In this document: piece by piece, positions 37,511 to 51,915 of the stretch
How positions within the stretch are numbered: the stretch's first letter is position 1
Layout of the letters: each line of letters opens with the position of its first letter
From: the human T2T-CHM13v2.0 reference genome, Homo sapiens
Reading direction: 5' to 3' (one strand)
Assembly (NCBI RefSeq): GCF_009914755.1
Contig: NC_060925.1
DNA length: 64,000 nucleotides
The notes under the pieces: model-generated
Seen by the model: only the letters and a program-made list of their open reading frames with translations
What the model was told of the DNA's origin: nothing
The model's database searches: none
Position numbers and translations under genes: made by a program

Positions 37511-39105
37511 TTAAGGATTCATCGTGCAGTCTGGAAGAGTAAAGACCTGGCTTGTAACACATTCTGCATTTTTAGAAACAAAATATACAAAGTGAGAAAA
37601 AAACCTTCAGAGGACAGATGAATGTCGCTTGGGTTTTAAAAAGGAAGGGTGTTAACATGCATAACAGAAATAAATGATGGCTAGCTAATTACACTGGTCC
37701 AGGAGTATGGTTATTCTTTATTTTGATATTCTTGAAATTTTTGATTTTTTATAAAGTTGGAAAGTAATTACTTTTTAAAAGATACACATGTAACTTGAAG
37801 CTAGACTCATTCTTTTTATTGCCAAGAGTAATGGTGTTAGTGTCACCTAATGGCAAAATGGAATATTGCAGCTATACTTATAGGCTATAATGAAAAGGTA
37901 ACCTAATTAGAAAGAAAAATAACATTTCTGGGGGGATTTTAGGCATGGATCAGTAGACTTACTATGGCTTACAAGGTCCCGTGTTCTTTAGCCCTAGCCT
38001 GCTTGTCCTGCCCCTCTATCACATTACTCATTTGGTCACTGAGCAGATTGTGTAATAGTAGGGTTCTTTTTTGTCTTTCAGGTTTAGGCTCAGATATTTT
38101 CCTCTCAGAGAGCTTTTTCCTACCACCTTAATTTGTCCGTATACTTCCCATAGCTACTGTTTGTCACATTAACGTGTTTATTGTTTGCATAGCCTTTAGA
38201 GTGACTTGGAATCACCATTTGCTCCCTTTTTATTTGTTTTCTTACTAGTATGTAAGCCCCAGAAGTGCAGGCTACTTGTTTTCCTTATTCACTTAGGTAA
38301 CCTCAGGGCTGAGTTGTGTCTGTTATATAGTGTATGTCTGCAGTTAAACTTAGTTGTGTGAGTACATGAACTTCTGGATATGATAGTGAGTGTTGTTTCT
38401 ATGCTGTAGAGATCTATCCAGAAAACAGAATTACACTGTGTTTGATTACTGAAACATTATTTGCTACGTGAAGGCAATATAGAAGCTTTTTTCTTTTTCT
38501 TTTTGGTGTTAATAAGTGATAATGTGTCAGGAAAGAGAAGCTATATGTCTTAGGATGTTGAATTCTGTATTAGTCAACTTTAGTTACTCAGAAAAAATAT
38601 TTGCAGGTACAATATTCGGTCTTGAGGAGATAAGTTTTTTTTTGAAGCATTTAGATTTAATTAATATAGCAGTGTCAGTGAATATGGTTTTGTGTCTGTG
38701 TGTGCATTTGTAGGTATTTCTAGTATCATTTAATTATTTCCTCTATTAAAAAGAAAACAGTATTTCTAAGAGAAATGAGAGTGAGTGTGTCAGGTAAACA
38801 GTGATAAATCTGGTTGAGATATGGACTGGTTTGTGTAAATTTTTAGGTAACAATATGGCTCTATTAGTCTGGAAACTTAGGATGAAGAGAGAGTACATTT
38901 CCATTAAGTGGCTCAGTCCAAGAAGGTAGCCTCCCTAACTTTGAGATAATTATCTAGCCAGCAGGATTCTTCTTCACATAAACCATTTTTAAAGCTTTAT
39001 TAGTTCATGTTTTTAATTAGTTCATGTTTTTAATCAGTAGGTTTTTTTTTTTAATCCCTTTTGTTTTTCCAGGTGGTTGTGGGAAGAGAAGTTTGCAGAA
39101 CTGAA

Positions 39106-39243
39106 ATGGAGGTCAGAGCTTCATTACAGAAGGTTAGTGGATCATCTGATTCTGTGGCTACAATGAACAGTGAAGAATTTGTTTTGGTTCCTCAGTATGC
39201 AGATGATAATTCTACAAAACATGAAGAAAAACCTCAACTGAAG
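39106..39243 (+). CDS. RABGAP1L: RABGAP1L first coding exon (exon 39073-39243; 33 nt 5'UTR + 138 nt CDS): MEVRASLQKVSGSSDSVATMNSEEFVLVPQYADDNSTKHEEKPQLK
   Basis: Acceptor ttgtttttccag|G at 39072/73. ATG in strong Kozak context (gaaATGg). Donor AAG|gtattt at 39243/44, phase 0. Peptide recognised as the N-terminus of Rab GTPase-activating protein 1-like. Confidence 0.96.
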
Positions 39244-40311
39244 GTATTTTTTTCTTTTCTACATATGGTATAATTTTTAATTAAAAACTATTTGAAACTT
39301 AGGAGATGTGTAAAATGCAAAGGTTTTTCTCAAGTGCTGACTTTCAAAATAAAATCAATGTTTGATTTATCCAGACCCTAATTATTTGGTTTGTGTATTT
39401 TAAAAAGTTCTTGCTTTTGGTTGTTTACCTTTTGATTTGGAATTTTAGGGGGAAGAATAAAAGAAGAAAAAGAAGAGAAAGGATTTTTTGGTGAATTAGA
39501 CATAATGGTTAAATTTTACATTACTTTATCTGGATGTTTTTGTTTCTCTTACTGCTGGGTTTTAGAAGTTAATTAAATGTTTTGCTTTCACTTGAGAGAC
39601 TTTTTTCTTTATGATTTTTATGTTTTAAATCAGCTGGTAACGTTCCGTTGTGTGATTTAACAGTCGACTTGTCTAAATGTTTTTAAAGCATATCTTATAT
39701 TTTTAGCATTTGAGTTTTTATTTAGATATGGTCCCTTTTTCACTTCTGTGTTGCACTTTCTAAGTCAAAGAAAAGGAAGCAAGTAAACTCAGTTATATAG
39801 GCTTGAAAATGGTATAACTGTCTTCTAGAAACAGGAATAGGAAAAGTAGTTAAAAGTGCTATATATTACTTATGACTTTTATTTAGTATTAACTATGGCA
39901 TCAAAAGTGTATTAATATATCAGTCTAATAAAATATATTCTGAAAATGAGATTACTAAATGTTTATGTTGAGAATATATTGTTTTATAATTTTATTTAAA
40001 TAATCAGTGGCTTTATTTTTAGATACCTGTATTTTAGCATTATTGTGTTTAAGACATCACTTATTTGCTTAGGCTTTGCGTTTCACCTGCCTTTGAGAAA
40101 ACTATGAGTCAACTTAAGTGTAAGGAAATTAGCAATATTCATCTTGGGAGCTAGCCAACAATTTGTAAAGAAATCAGAAATATGGTTATGCTGTGCTAAC
40201 AAGAAATATAACCTTTTAAATGATATTCATAATAGACCCGATTTAAATTTACCTATTTTTTCCTTTAGACATGTAAATTTAAGGTTATCTGATTTTTAGG
40301 GTGTGTTCCTA

Positions 40312-40636
<325 letters not shown>

Positions 40637-40919
40637 GATAAATACATCTCTGTAAATAGGATCTTATATAAAATGTAGTTGGAAACTGTCTTAAGTGTTT
40701 TATAAAGAATCCTTTTGTGAAACTAATAATCTTCCTCTAATTTAGTTTTATAACCAGGATTTTAATGTATTATATATGTGAAACAACTTCTTAGTATTTT
40801 AGTAACTATATTTAAATATTTAGATTGTTTTAATTTCTTCTAGAAATGAAATACTTTCATAAAATTTAGCTTCAGAACTATGGTAGAATTGAAACAGAAT
40901 TGTCTTGCTGTGTCTGTAG

Positions 40920-41112
40920 ATAGTTTCTAATGGTGATGAACAATTGGAAAAAGCCATGGAAGAGATTTTGAGAGATTCCGAGAAAAGGCCAAGCAGTCTT
41001 CTTGTTGATTGTCAAAGTTCCAGTGAGATTTCAGACCATTCGTTTGGAGATATTCCAGCCAGCCAAACAAATAAGCCATCTCTTCAGTTAATTTTGGATC
41101 CGTCTAACACAG
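40920..41112 (+). CDS. RABGAP1L: RABGAP1L coding exon, 193 nt: IVSNGDEQLEKAMEEILRDSEKRPSS...LQLILDPSNT
   Basis: Acceptor tgtgtctgtag|ATA and donor ACAG|gtactg. Phase 0 in, phase 1 out, matching the flanking exons. Agrees with ORF track 40944..41132. Confidence 0.96.
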
Positions 41113-41844
41113 GTACTGTATTGAATTCTTAGAAACTATTAAAGAAATGGGATAAAGTAATAGTGAAAATTTTAAGATGAAAATCAGAAAAAATTGTTAG
41201 CTCTTCTCAAGCTTTCAGTTCTTGTTGAGAGTTTCCACTTCGGTGTTATGTTTCTGCCTATATCTCTGCCTATAAAAATCAGGTCTTAATGTTCTTTGGG
41301 AACAAAGACTATGTCTGGGTCCTCATTTTACCCCTAGTACTTCATGCATGGTAGGTCCTCAACAGATACTTACTGAACAAATGAGTAAATACTTGGGTGT
41401 CACAGAATAGTGTAATGGAGATAGTCTTTCATGTGATGTGCCTTTTTGCTCAGTTTCACTACACTTATTTAAAGTTATATTTAGTAAAAACTCTAAGTAA
41501 AACATATCAATTCCAACAGTGTATTAAATAATAAATACATCTATGAATAATTAGGATTTGTACTTTGAATACTAGCTTATAAGTCAAGATGCTTTTGGGT
41601 GCAAAAATAAATAAAACCAAAACCAGCTCCAACTTCAGCTGGCTTAAACACCACAGGTATAATTTGATCTAGGCTCTGATGGTGTTTTTTTGGTAACTAC
41701 TCAGCTCTGATCTTGTCTATGTTACCTTTCTCCTTAGCTGGTTACAAAGTAGCTACCAGCAGAAACTGGTAGGTAAGGGAAGGTGACCTGTTTGTGCCTG
41801 GTGGCAAAGAGAAAGTCTTCATTCTTTTACTGATTTTTAAAATT

Positions 41845-42083
41845 TCTTTGGTGACACGATCTCATTCTGTCATCCAGGCTGAAGTGCAGTGATGCTGTTC
41901 AGCCTTCTGAGTAGCTGGGTGTGTACCACCATGCCTAGCTAATTTTTTTTTTTTTTTTGTAGTGATGGGGTTTTGCCATGTTGACCAGGCCGGTCTTGAA
42001 TTCCTGGCTTCAGGTGATCTGCCCACCTCAGCCTCCCAAAGTGTCGGGTTTACCAGTGCAAGCCATTGCACCCATCCCTGGCC
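41845..42083 (-). mobile_element. Old Alu with internal deletion
   Basis: Diverged dimer. Confidence 0.75.
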
Positions 42084-42802
42084 TGTTTTACGGATTAAAT
42101 AAAAGTTCTGAGTTTTACTCTGATTGGACCAGTGAAACCATTTTCTAGTAGTGAGGGAAATGACATGAACTGATAGCTGTAGGCCTGGGTTACATTCAAA
42201 CCTGTAAATAAGTCACTCTGACAGAGGGGATGGGATTATCCTAATTGGCTTAGGAAACTCGTGATTCATTTCTGAACCAAATGAACCTTGGTACAGGGTA
42301 AGTATAGGTATAGCCAAACTGTTACACAATAGGGCTGTGATGCATTTATGTAGGGAATGTAATCACAGTGCCTTCCATGGCAAGGATGATTAAGCATTAG
42401 AAAAATCTTTCAGTGTGGTTTACCACATAAAGTGGTGAAGAGTGAAAAAGTATCAGTAGATAAAGAACAAGCACTGGATAAAATTTAAAATTTTACATGT
42501 ATACGCACATGTAAAGTTCTTGGAAAACTTAGAAGGAAACTTGCTTAATCAAATATCTATCAAAGTCTTATGTTTTATGCTGAAATTTAAAATGCGTTAC
42601 CATCAAGATATATTGAAACAGGAGCAGTTAGGGCATGATAGCTATCACCATAGCTCTTTGACGTTGTACTAAAGAATCCAGCCAATGCAAGATGACAGGA
42701 AAAAGAAATGAAGTGTGATTAGAAAAAAAGTGAAAAAATTCTCATGATTGGTAAAGTATTTAAGAAAGTGAATGGATAAGCTATTAGATTTAAAGACTTT
42801 TT

Positions 42803-43209
42803 GCCAGGCATGGTGGCTCATGCCTGTAATCCCAGCAATTTGGGAGGGTGAGGCGGGCAGATCACTTGAAGTCAGGAGTTTGAGACCAGCCTGGCCAACA
42901 TGGCAAAACCCCGTCTCTATTAAAAATACAAAAATGGCTGGGCGGGGTGGCTCAAGCCTGTAATCCCACCACTTTGGGAGGCCAAGATGGGCAGGTCACG
43001 AGATCAGGAGTTCCAGACCAGCCTGGCTAATATAGTGAAACCCCGTCTCTACTAAAAATACAAAAATTAACTGGGTGTGGCAGCACATGCCTGTAGTCCC
43101 AGCTACTCAGGAGGCTGAGGCGAGAGAATCGCTTGAACCTGGGAGGCAGAGGTTGCAGTGAGCCAAGACTGCACCATTGCACTCCAGCCTGCGTGACAGT
43201 GAGACTCTG

Positions 43210-43244
<35 letters not shown>

Positions 43245-43410
43245 AGCTGGGCAGGGTGGTGAACACTTGAAATTCCAGCTGCTCAGGAGGCTGAGACAGA
43301 AAAGTCACTTGAACCCAGGAGGTGGAGGTTGCAATGAACTGAGATCATGCCACTGCACTCCAACCTGGGCAACAGAGTGAGACTCCATCTCAAAAAAAAA
43401 AAAAAAAAAA
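42803..43410 (+). mobile_element. Alu nested in the A-rich linker of another Alu (inner 42936-43240), within an ancient L1M fragment (about 42560-44060)
   Basis: Left arm, full Alu, then right arm. Outer TSD AGATTTAA(A/C)GACTTTT. Confidence 0.88.
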
Positions 43411-44075
43411 AGATTTAACGACTTTTAGGAAGGTTAGCACCAACAGTAGAAAATAAAATTGCCATTCATAATACCAACAAAAATAATAGGTAACAAGGAA
43501 GAAACAAAAATTTATGTAAAATTTTAATAAAATTATAAAATGTTATTGAAGGAAATGAACACCTGAATGAATGGGGAGAGATGCCATGTTGATTGATAGG
43601 AGTCAACCTTGAAAAGATGTAACTTATCTCCAAATTAGTCTGTAACTTGGGTGGGAATTTCAAATTTTCAGTTATTTTTATAAACATTCTGAAATGTATC
43701 TGGACAAGTAGAGGTACACAGGTAGCTAAGAAAATTTTTAAAAAGAATATTATGTATTAAGATAGACTACAGAGTTACAGTGATTAAACCAATGTGATAT
43801 TGGCTTGTTATAGAAGTGAATCACTAGAACAGGGTACCAGAAACAAACCTATGTATATAAAGGATTTCAGTATATGACAGAATTCGCTTCACATACCACT
43901 GGGGGAAATGGTAACTATGCAGTAAATAGTATTGGGACAGTTGCATCTTTGAGTGCAATAAAATAAAATTAGGTTCCTTAGTTGTACATAAAAATTATTT
44001 TTAGTGAATCAGATATTTAAAGTGAGAAATAAGCCTGTAAGAAGAAAACAATGGAGCATATTTTTGTGATTGTCA

Positions 44076-44429
<354 letters not shown>

Positions 44430-46214
44430 TTAAATCTGAGTGCAAAAGACCATTTAGGTTATCTATTTCTTCTTGAGTGTACTTTGGTGTTTTCATCTTT
44501 CAAGTAATTGGTTAATTTCACCTAAGTATGGGGATAGAGTTGTTTCTCTGTTATAGAGTAATATTCTCTTATTATCCTTTTAATGTCTGCAGGATGTGTA
44601 TTAATATCCTCTCATTCCTGATATTGACATGTATTACATATACATACATTGAAAAACCTACCAGTCTAATAATTTTGCTTTCAACAGCCATACGTATATT
44701 TCCTTGAGCACTTTAAAAATGCTTTTCCAGTGTCTTCTTGTCTCCATTGTTTCTGATAACAAATCTGAAGGGATTTGAATCATTGTTCTCCTATTTGTAA
44801 TATGTTATTTTTCTTTGCTTTCAGTACTTTTATTTCATTGTTTTCAGCAGTTTGATTATCTGTGTGTGGTTTTCTTTGAGTTTATCTTTTTTTTTTGGAT
44901 CACTGAGATTCTTGAATCTGTAAATTTATATCTTTAACCAAATTTGGGAGTTTTCACCCATTATTTCTTGGTAATTGTTTTGTTTCTACACTAATCTCTT
45001 TCTTTTCTGGGACTCAGTAGACAAAAATGGTAGACATTTCCATACCGTTCTCACAATTCCTTAGGCTCTTTTCATTGTTTTCCCTGTGTTCAAGCTCACT
45101 GACTTTTTACTTTGTTAATCTCCATTCTGCTATTGAGATCGTCTGATGAATTTTTAATTTTAGATATTGTATTTTTCTGTTTTTAAATTTACATTGTTTT
45201 TTAAAGTTTTTTTGTTTCTCTGTGGATAGTTTTGATATTTTTATTCATTACAGGTGTTTTCACGTTTATTTTATGGATTATTTATGGAGCAACTGGGACA
45301 TCTTGGGATTGGTCTGTGGATTATTTTTTCACTTGAGAATAGATCACCCTTTTATGTTTGTTGAGTAATTGGCTTGTTCCCAGAGTTTTCGAATCTTATG
45401 TTTTGAGACTATTTCTTGTTAAAATCCTCTGAAGAATGTTGACTTTTTTTTTTTTTTTTTTTTTAAAGCAGACATTCCACCTGGTTGTGTCCAAACTGCA
45501 AGATCTGTCTTGCTTTCTGGTTCCAAAGTATTTTCAATTCTCAAAACCTTTGCTGTGCTTCTTCAGTCTGTTCCACATGCATACACAGTTTGCTAGTTTA
45601 CACGCAGAGTTAGGGGATTATCTTCTTCAGCTCTCTCCTCTCTGAGATTTCCCCACACTCTCTGGCTTCCTTGGGCCATTTTCCTTCTACCCCTGTGTTA
45701 GAAAGACAGGTTTCTTTCTTAGAGTTTTTGCTGCTTTGTGCTGTTTTGCAGAATCATATGTCTGGAGCACTTTATGACAAAGTGGTGAGAGAAAAGAGAG
45801 GGAAAAATAATAGAGTTTTTCTTTTCCATTTTTGGGTTATAGGGGCCTCTTTGCTTTGGTATTTTAGCCTTTGAGACACATTTCTTTTCCTCCAGATTGT
45901 AGATGCTTACAGTACCACCGCGACTACCAGCATTTCAGGTAGTTCTGTGGTCGGGGCTAGTGGTAGAACTGGGAGAGAAAACAAAACAGAAACAAGTCAT
46001 GATTTCTCAGATACTCTCTAGTTTGCAGGGACTTCTTTTTCTGTTATTTGGCTGGAAAGATTGGATTTCTTTGTTTTGTTGCTCACTGCTATTCTGCAAC
46101 TCGGACCACCCTTAGGTCAAAACTGGGAGGTGATGATGAGAAAAATGGAAAACTCACCACTGTAATAGAGGTTCAGATTTTCACTTTCCTCTCCACTCTG
46201 GCTGTTCCTATTTA

Positions 46215-46382
<168 letters not shown>

Positions 46383-46829
46383 TTATATTCTGTCGAAAGT
46401 TTTCAGGTATAATCTGTGGGAGAGATAACTTATAACAGTGGGAGAGATAAATTGTAACAGGCTTATCACTTCAATTTCACTGGTCCAGTTCAATAATCTT
46501 GAGTCTGTTTTTGCTTCAGCTGTTTTGAAGTTCTGCTATTAAGGGCATAGTCACTTAGAATTTTTGTGTTTTCTTAATGAATTGACCATTTTAGCCTTGT
46601 GAAATATCCGTTTTCTTTTTGTTAAAATTCCTTGTCCTGAAGTCTAGTTTTTCTTATATTAATATAGCCACTTTTGGTTTCTTATGATTAGTATTTGCAT
46701 GGTATATATTTTTCTTTTTCCTTTTTTTTTAAAAAAAATTTTCATCTATTTTTATCTTTAAAGAGTGTTTCTTGTAGATACCTTTTTAAAATCCAGTTTA
46801 ACAATCTCAGTCTTTTAGTTGGGTTTAGA

Positions 46830-47140
46830 CTAGGATAAGTAAACTACTATCTGTGAGCCAAATTCCACTTCCTACTTGTTTATGGTGTGGCTTGCAAAGT
46901 AAAATGGTTTTTACATTTTTAAATGGCTCTAACATATCAAAAGGAGAATAATATTGTGACACATGAAGCTTATATGAAATTCAAATTTTAGTATCCATAA
47001 TTAAGTTTTAAGTTTTGTCAAAAAATCTGTGGAAGGTTTTTTTCTCACTTGTATAAATACTTGCATAATATTGTAGATTTTGTCTCTTGGCCCACCAAAC
47101 CTAAAATATTTATCATATGACCCTTTACAGAAAAAGCTGA
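46830..47140. mobile_element. MER58B-like hAT element
   Basis: AATGGTTTTTACATTTTTAAATGG and CCTAAAATATTTA...CCCTTTACAGAAAAAG motifs. Confidence 0.65.
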
Positions 47141-47148
47141 CCATTTAC

Positions 47149-47447
<299 letters not shown>

Positions 47448-49346
47448 TGACCATTTACCTTTGATGTAATTTTAAATATATTTGGATCTAAGTGTACTTA
47501 CTCTCTTGCTGTTTTTCTCTGTCTCTTCTGTTCTTGTTTTTCCCCTCCTTTCCTGCCTTTAGATTATTTTTAATGTTCTATTTTATCTCCATTATTGGCA
47601 CATTAGCTATATAATTTTGTCTTATTATTTTAGTATTTGCTCTGGAGTTTATAACTCAAGTCTTTAACTCATTTACATTCTAATAATGTCATAACACTTT
47701 ATGTACATTGTAAGGATCTTTTGTTACCTTCTAGATTTTATGCTTCTGCTCTCATTCATTTTGCTAATACATATGTTAGAAGTTCTACAAAATACTGTGG
47801 TTTTTTTTTTTTTTGCTTTAGTCTGTTATATTTTGAAGAAATTAAAGAGCAAGGAATAGGTCTTTTTCTCATATTTAACTTCTCGTGCTCTTCAGTTTTC
47901 TATCATTTTCCTGTAGCCCAAGGAACTTCCTTTAACATTCCTCTTCTGCAATTTAGAAACTGCTGTTATATTCACCTGGGGAATATTTTACTGCAGATCT
48001 TGTATTTTTTCAGCTCTAGAATTTCTTTTGGTTCTTTTTTATGTCTTTCATTTTTCTTCTTATTTTGTTAGATGTTTATCTTTAAATCCTTGATCATATT
48101 TATAATAGTCGTATAGGCCTTCTTTGCCTATTTTATCATTTCTTATTTTTGGATCAGTTTCTGTACTGTTTTATATTTGGAATCTGTAGAGTCATGAATC
48201 TTGGGTTACACAGGTTTGTAAAATACCTCTTCAAACAACTTCTTTTTGGCCTCCTCTTTTCTCTTTTTATTTATATTATTTTTTGTTGTTCCTCACTGGT
48301 TCACATTCATCTTATATTTTTTCTGTTTTTAAGACTCTAGTTACACATGTTAGACCACTTGAACTACGTAATCACCCAGGCTCATCAGTCTTATTGTTGC
48401 TGCATAAGTGCTTGTTACATTAAGAAAAGTATGTAAAAACATACATGTATATAATAATATAATACAAAGTAATTTAAACATATTAAAATGTATTTGTAGT
48501 TTTTTATTTATCCCTTTTGAAATACATTATATTGAACTGACTGAAAAAGGGAGAAAAACATGTTTCAGTGGTTGAAGAACATGGTAGATGAAGTAGTTCA
48601 TTTTGAATGGCTTTAGTTCCTTAACAAAAAAGTCAGTGGTGAAGTTGCATATTTTAGTATAATATTTAGGAGCTGCAGTTGGGGAATTTGAAATGGCTTT
48701 TGTGAATTATTTATTAAAATCCTATCCTACAAGAGGAATCCTGGTAATGGCAGTCTGAAAATGTTGCAAGGACCTAGTTCAAGTGATACATGTATGCTTA
48801 ATTTTGTGCGGCATGAATGTAGGTAACAGCGGGGAAGCCAAGCAGAATGTGGATTTTAGGTAGGGGCATGAAGGGAGAATGTTATACTACCTGATACACG
48901 GAGATGGATGCTCTCTAACCACAATTGGACCTTTGCTGCCTGCTGTTCTTAGAATAAAATGAACAGTTTTTTTTTTTTAAAGAAATTCATTATGATGGGG
49001 ATGGAATTGGGCGAAGCAATCGTAGATTCATTCATCAAAAATAATTATTTTGAGGAAAAAAATTCCATTGGAATACTTATATAGTTCATTATAGTTCATA
49101 GAAGCCAGCAAGCCAGGAATGAGGGAAATAAGGAGCTTGACACTTGTTATTGGTATGAGATGTAACATTTTAACATTGCTTGTTTTTGCTTAGGAAGTTA
49201 GGCTGCTTAATAAATGTGGTGCAGTGAAGGATCTTTACAGTCAAGATAAACTTTTAGCTGATTTACTTTTGTTTAATCCTCATTATTTTGGGGCTAATTC
49301 ACAGTATCTTTAGTATAGTTTTTCCTCCTTATTGTTCTATATCACT

Positions 49347-50763
49347 TGTTAACCAAAAAGTGGCAGGTCTCAATCCATAGAGGTTTACTTAGTCAAGGGT
49401 TTAGTATGTGCCTGGGAAAAACAAGCCACAGGAACAGTTGTGACCTGTGCTTTTCTAGAGGGGTTTTGGGAATTTCGGTGTTTAAACGGGGAAAGGGCAA
49501 GCACAGGTTAAAAAAGAGGGAAAGGTAGGCAGTGAGGCAAATGGTTGCATTCTTGTGAGGCTCTGACTAGCCTCAATAAATCTACACTTTACATGTGAAA
49601 AGAGGGAGTAGAGGAAAAAGTCATTTGGGTTGGTTCCAAGTCTTTGCTATTGTGAATAGTGCCGCTATAAACATACATGTGCATGTGTCTTTATAGCAGC
49701 ATGATTTATAATACTTTGGGTATATACCCAGTAATGGGATGGCTGGGTCAAATGGTATTTCTAGTTCTAGATCCCTGAGGAATCGCCACACTGACTTCCA
49801 CAATGGTTGAACTAGTTTACAGTCCCGCCAACAGTGTAAAAGTGTTCCTATTTCTCCACATCCTCTCCAGCACCTGCTGTTTCCTGACTTTTTAATGATC
49901 ACCATTCTAACTGGTGTGAGATGGTATCTCATTGTGGAACCAACCCAAATGTCCAACAATGATAGACTGGATTAAGAAAATGTGGCACATATACACCATG
50001 GAATACTATGCAGCCATAAAAATGATGAGTTCATGTCCTTTGTAGGGACATGGATGAAGCTGGAAACCATCATTCTCAGCAAACTATCGCAAGGACAAAA
50101 AACCAAACACCGCATGTTCTCACTCATAGGTGGGAATTGAACTATGAGAACACATGGACACAGGAAGGGAAACATCACACACCGGGGCATGTTGTGAGGT
50201 GGGGGGAGGGGGGAGGGATAGCATTAGGAGATATACCTAATGTTAAATGATGAGTTAATGGATGCAGCACACCAACATGGCACATATATACGTATGTAAC
50301 AAACCTGCACGTTGTGCACTTGTACCCTAAAACTTAAAGTATAGTAAAAAAAAGAATAAAAAAAAAGGAAGTCAATTATGCATTCGTCTTAGTGTAGGTG
50401 AAGGGACGATTTCTGGTCTTGTCCTGTGTCTGTGAAGATAAGCTGATAATTGACATTGTGAGGATGAGATTTGACAGAACTCAGCTTTAGAGCTAGTTTA
50501 TAGGGAGGATACATATCTTAAATGATTTAGGGGCTCACACGGAAATTCCTTGTGAGTAATCTGTGAGGGAAGCCATCTGGGGAGATATGTGCCCTTCTAT
50601 CGTTGTGGGAACCTGGCATATGGATAAGGCTATGACACAGGGTTGTGAATTTACAGCTATCTGGGAACAAAAAGAAGGCAGTATGGTGTGACTCGGTTCC
50701 CAAGCTTATCTTTTGCTTTGGCATAGTCAGTTTGGAGACCAGAGGTTCTGTTGTTCTTTTACA
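49347..50763 (-). mobile_element. ERV1 (MER4-group) solo LTR split by an L1PA insertion
   Basis: TG...CA ends. Reverse complement starts TGTAAAAG...CCAAACTGACTATGCCAAAG..AAAG.TAAGCTTGGGAAC. Flanks are CACT/TACT. Confidence 0.7.
49622..50366 (+). mobile_element. 5'-inverted (twin-primed) truncated L1PA: inverted piece 49622-49937 (-), forward 3' end 49935-50366 (+)
   Basis: Orientation switch at TGG microhomology, A tail, and short TSD AAGTCA. Confidence 0.92.
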
Positions 50764-51092
50764 TACTTGTACTCTATCTTTTTGAGTTTTTTTTAATATA
50801 AAGCTTAAATTTTTTCTCTCATCTGAAGAACTTACAGCTAAGTAAGATAATATTTTGAGAGATTCAAAAGTATGAAATGGCTGGCTCTGGAACTCTGACA
50901 TAAGATTTAGGATTATAAAATCCTAGAATCCTAGATTTTAAATCCTAAAATTTTAAAATATAAAAGGAGTGAAAATACAGAGAGACCTAGATTTTGTTTG
51001 AAATATTTCATTTCTTTTTGGGCATTGGCAAGATTATAATGATGGTGGAGTTTTGCAATGACTTTTGAGTGTTTCTTTTTTTGTTTCTTCAG

Positions 51093-51303
51093 AAATTTCT
51101 ACACCCAGACCATCTTCTCCAGGTGGACTACCTGAAGAAGATAGTGTTTTATTTAATAAACTGACCTACTTAGGATGTATGAAGGTTTCTTCCCCACGTA
51201 ATGAAGTAGAGGCTTTACGGGCAATGGCAACCATGAAATCTTCCAGTCAATACCCCTTTCCTGTTACCCTGTATGTACCAAATGTTCCAGAAGGTTCTGT
51301 GAG
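51093..51303 (+). CDS. RABGAP1L: RABGAP1L coding exon, 211 nt: (E)ISTPRPSSPGGLPEEDSVLFNKLTYLGCMKV...PNVPEGSV(R); start of PTB/PID domain
   Basis: Long polypyrimidine acceptor tttcttcag|AA and donor GTGAG|gtaagc. Phase 1 in, phase 2 out. YLG motif typical of the start of a PTB domain. Confidence 0.96.
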
Positions 51304-51475
51304 GTAAGCTCTAATTTGTTTTTCTTTAGACACATATTAAGTCTTTTGGGTGGTGGTGAAGATGTTATAGCATCATCAGGTGTAGAACTTACTGTGAACT
51401 CACACTGTAGACATGCAGAGTAAACATGTTTAGGCTTAGACTGTGTTCATTGTTTGAAAGGGGCATTTGAACAAT

Positions 51476-51915
51476 TGTATTAGTCTATTCTTGCACTGCA
51501 ATAAAGAAATATCTGAGATTGGATAATTGATAAAGAGAAGAGGTTTAACTGGCTCTTGGTTCTGCAGGGTGTATAGGAAACATGATGCTGGCCATCTGCT
51601 CAGCTTCTGGGAGGGAGGCCTCAGGAGGGGAGGCCTCAGGAAACTTAAAATCATGGCAGAAGGCAAGGGGAAGCAGAATTGTCTTACGTGGCAGGAGCAG
51701 GAGCAAGAGCGAGAAGGGGGAGGTGCCACACGCTTTTAAACAACCAGGTTTCATGAGAACAGCTATCATGAGAACAGCACCGAGGGGATGGTGCTAAACC
51801 ATTCATAAGAAATTGTTCCCATGATCCAATCACCTTTCACCAGCCCCACCTCCAACATTGGAGATTACAATTTGACATGAGATTTAGACGGAGCCGCAGA
51901 TCCAAACCCATATCA
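51476..51915 (-). mobile_element. MSTA/B-like solo LTR
   Basis: TGTATTAGTC...CCATATCA. Perfect 5-bp TSD ACAAT at 51471-51475 and 51916-51920. Confidence 0.9.
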
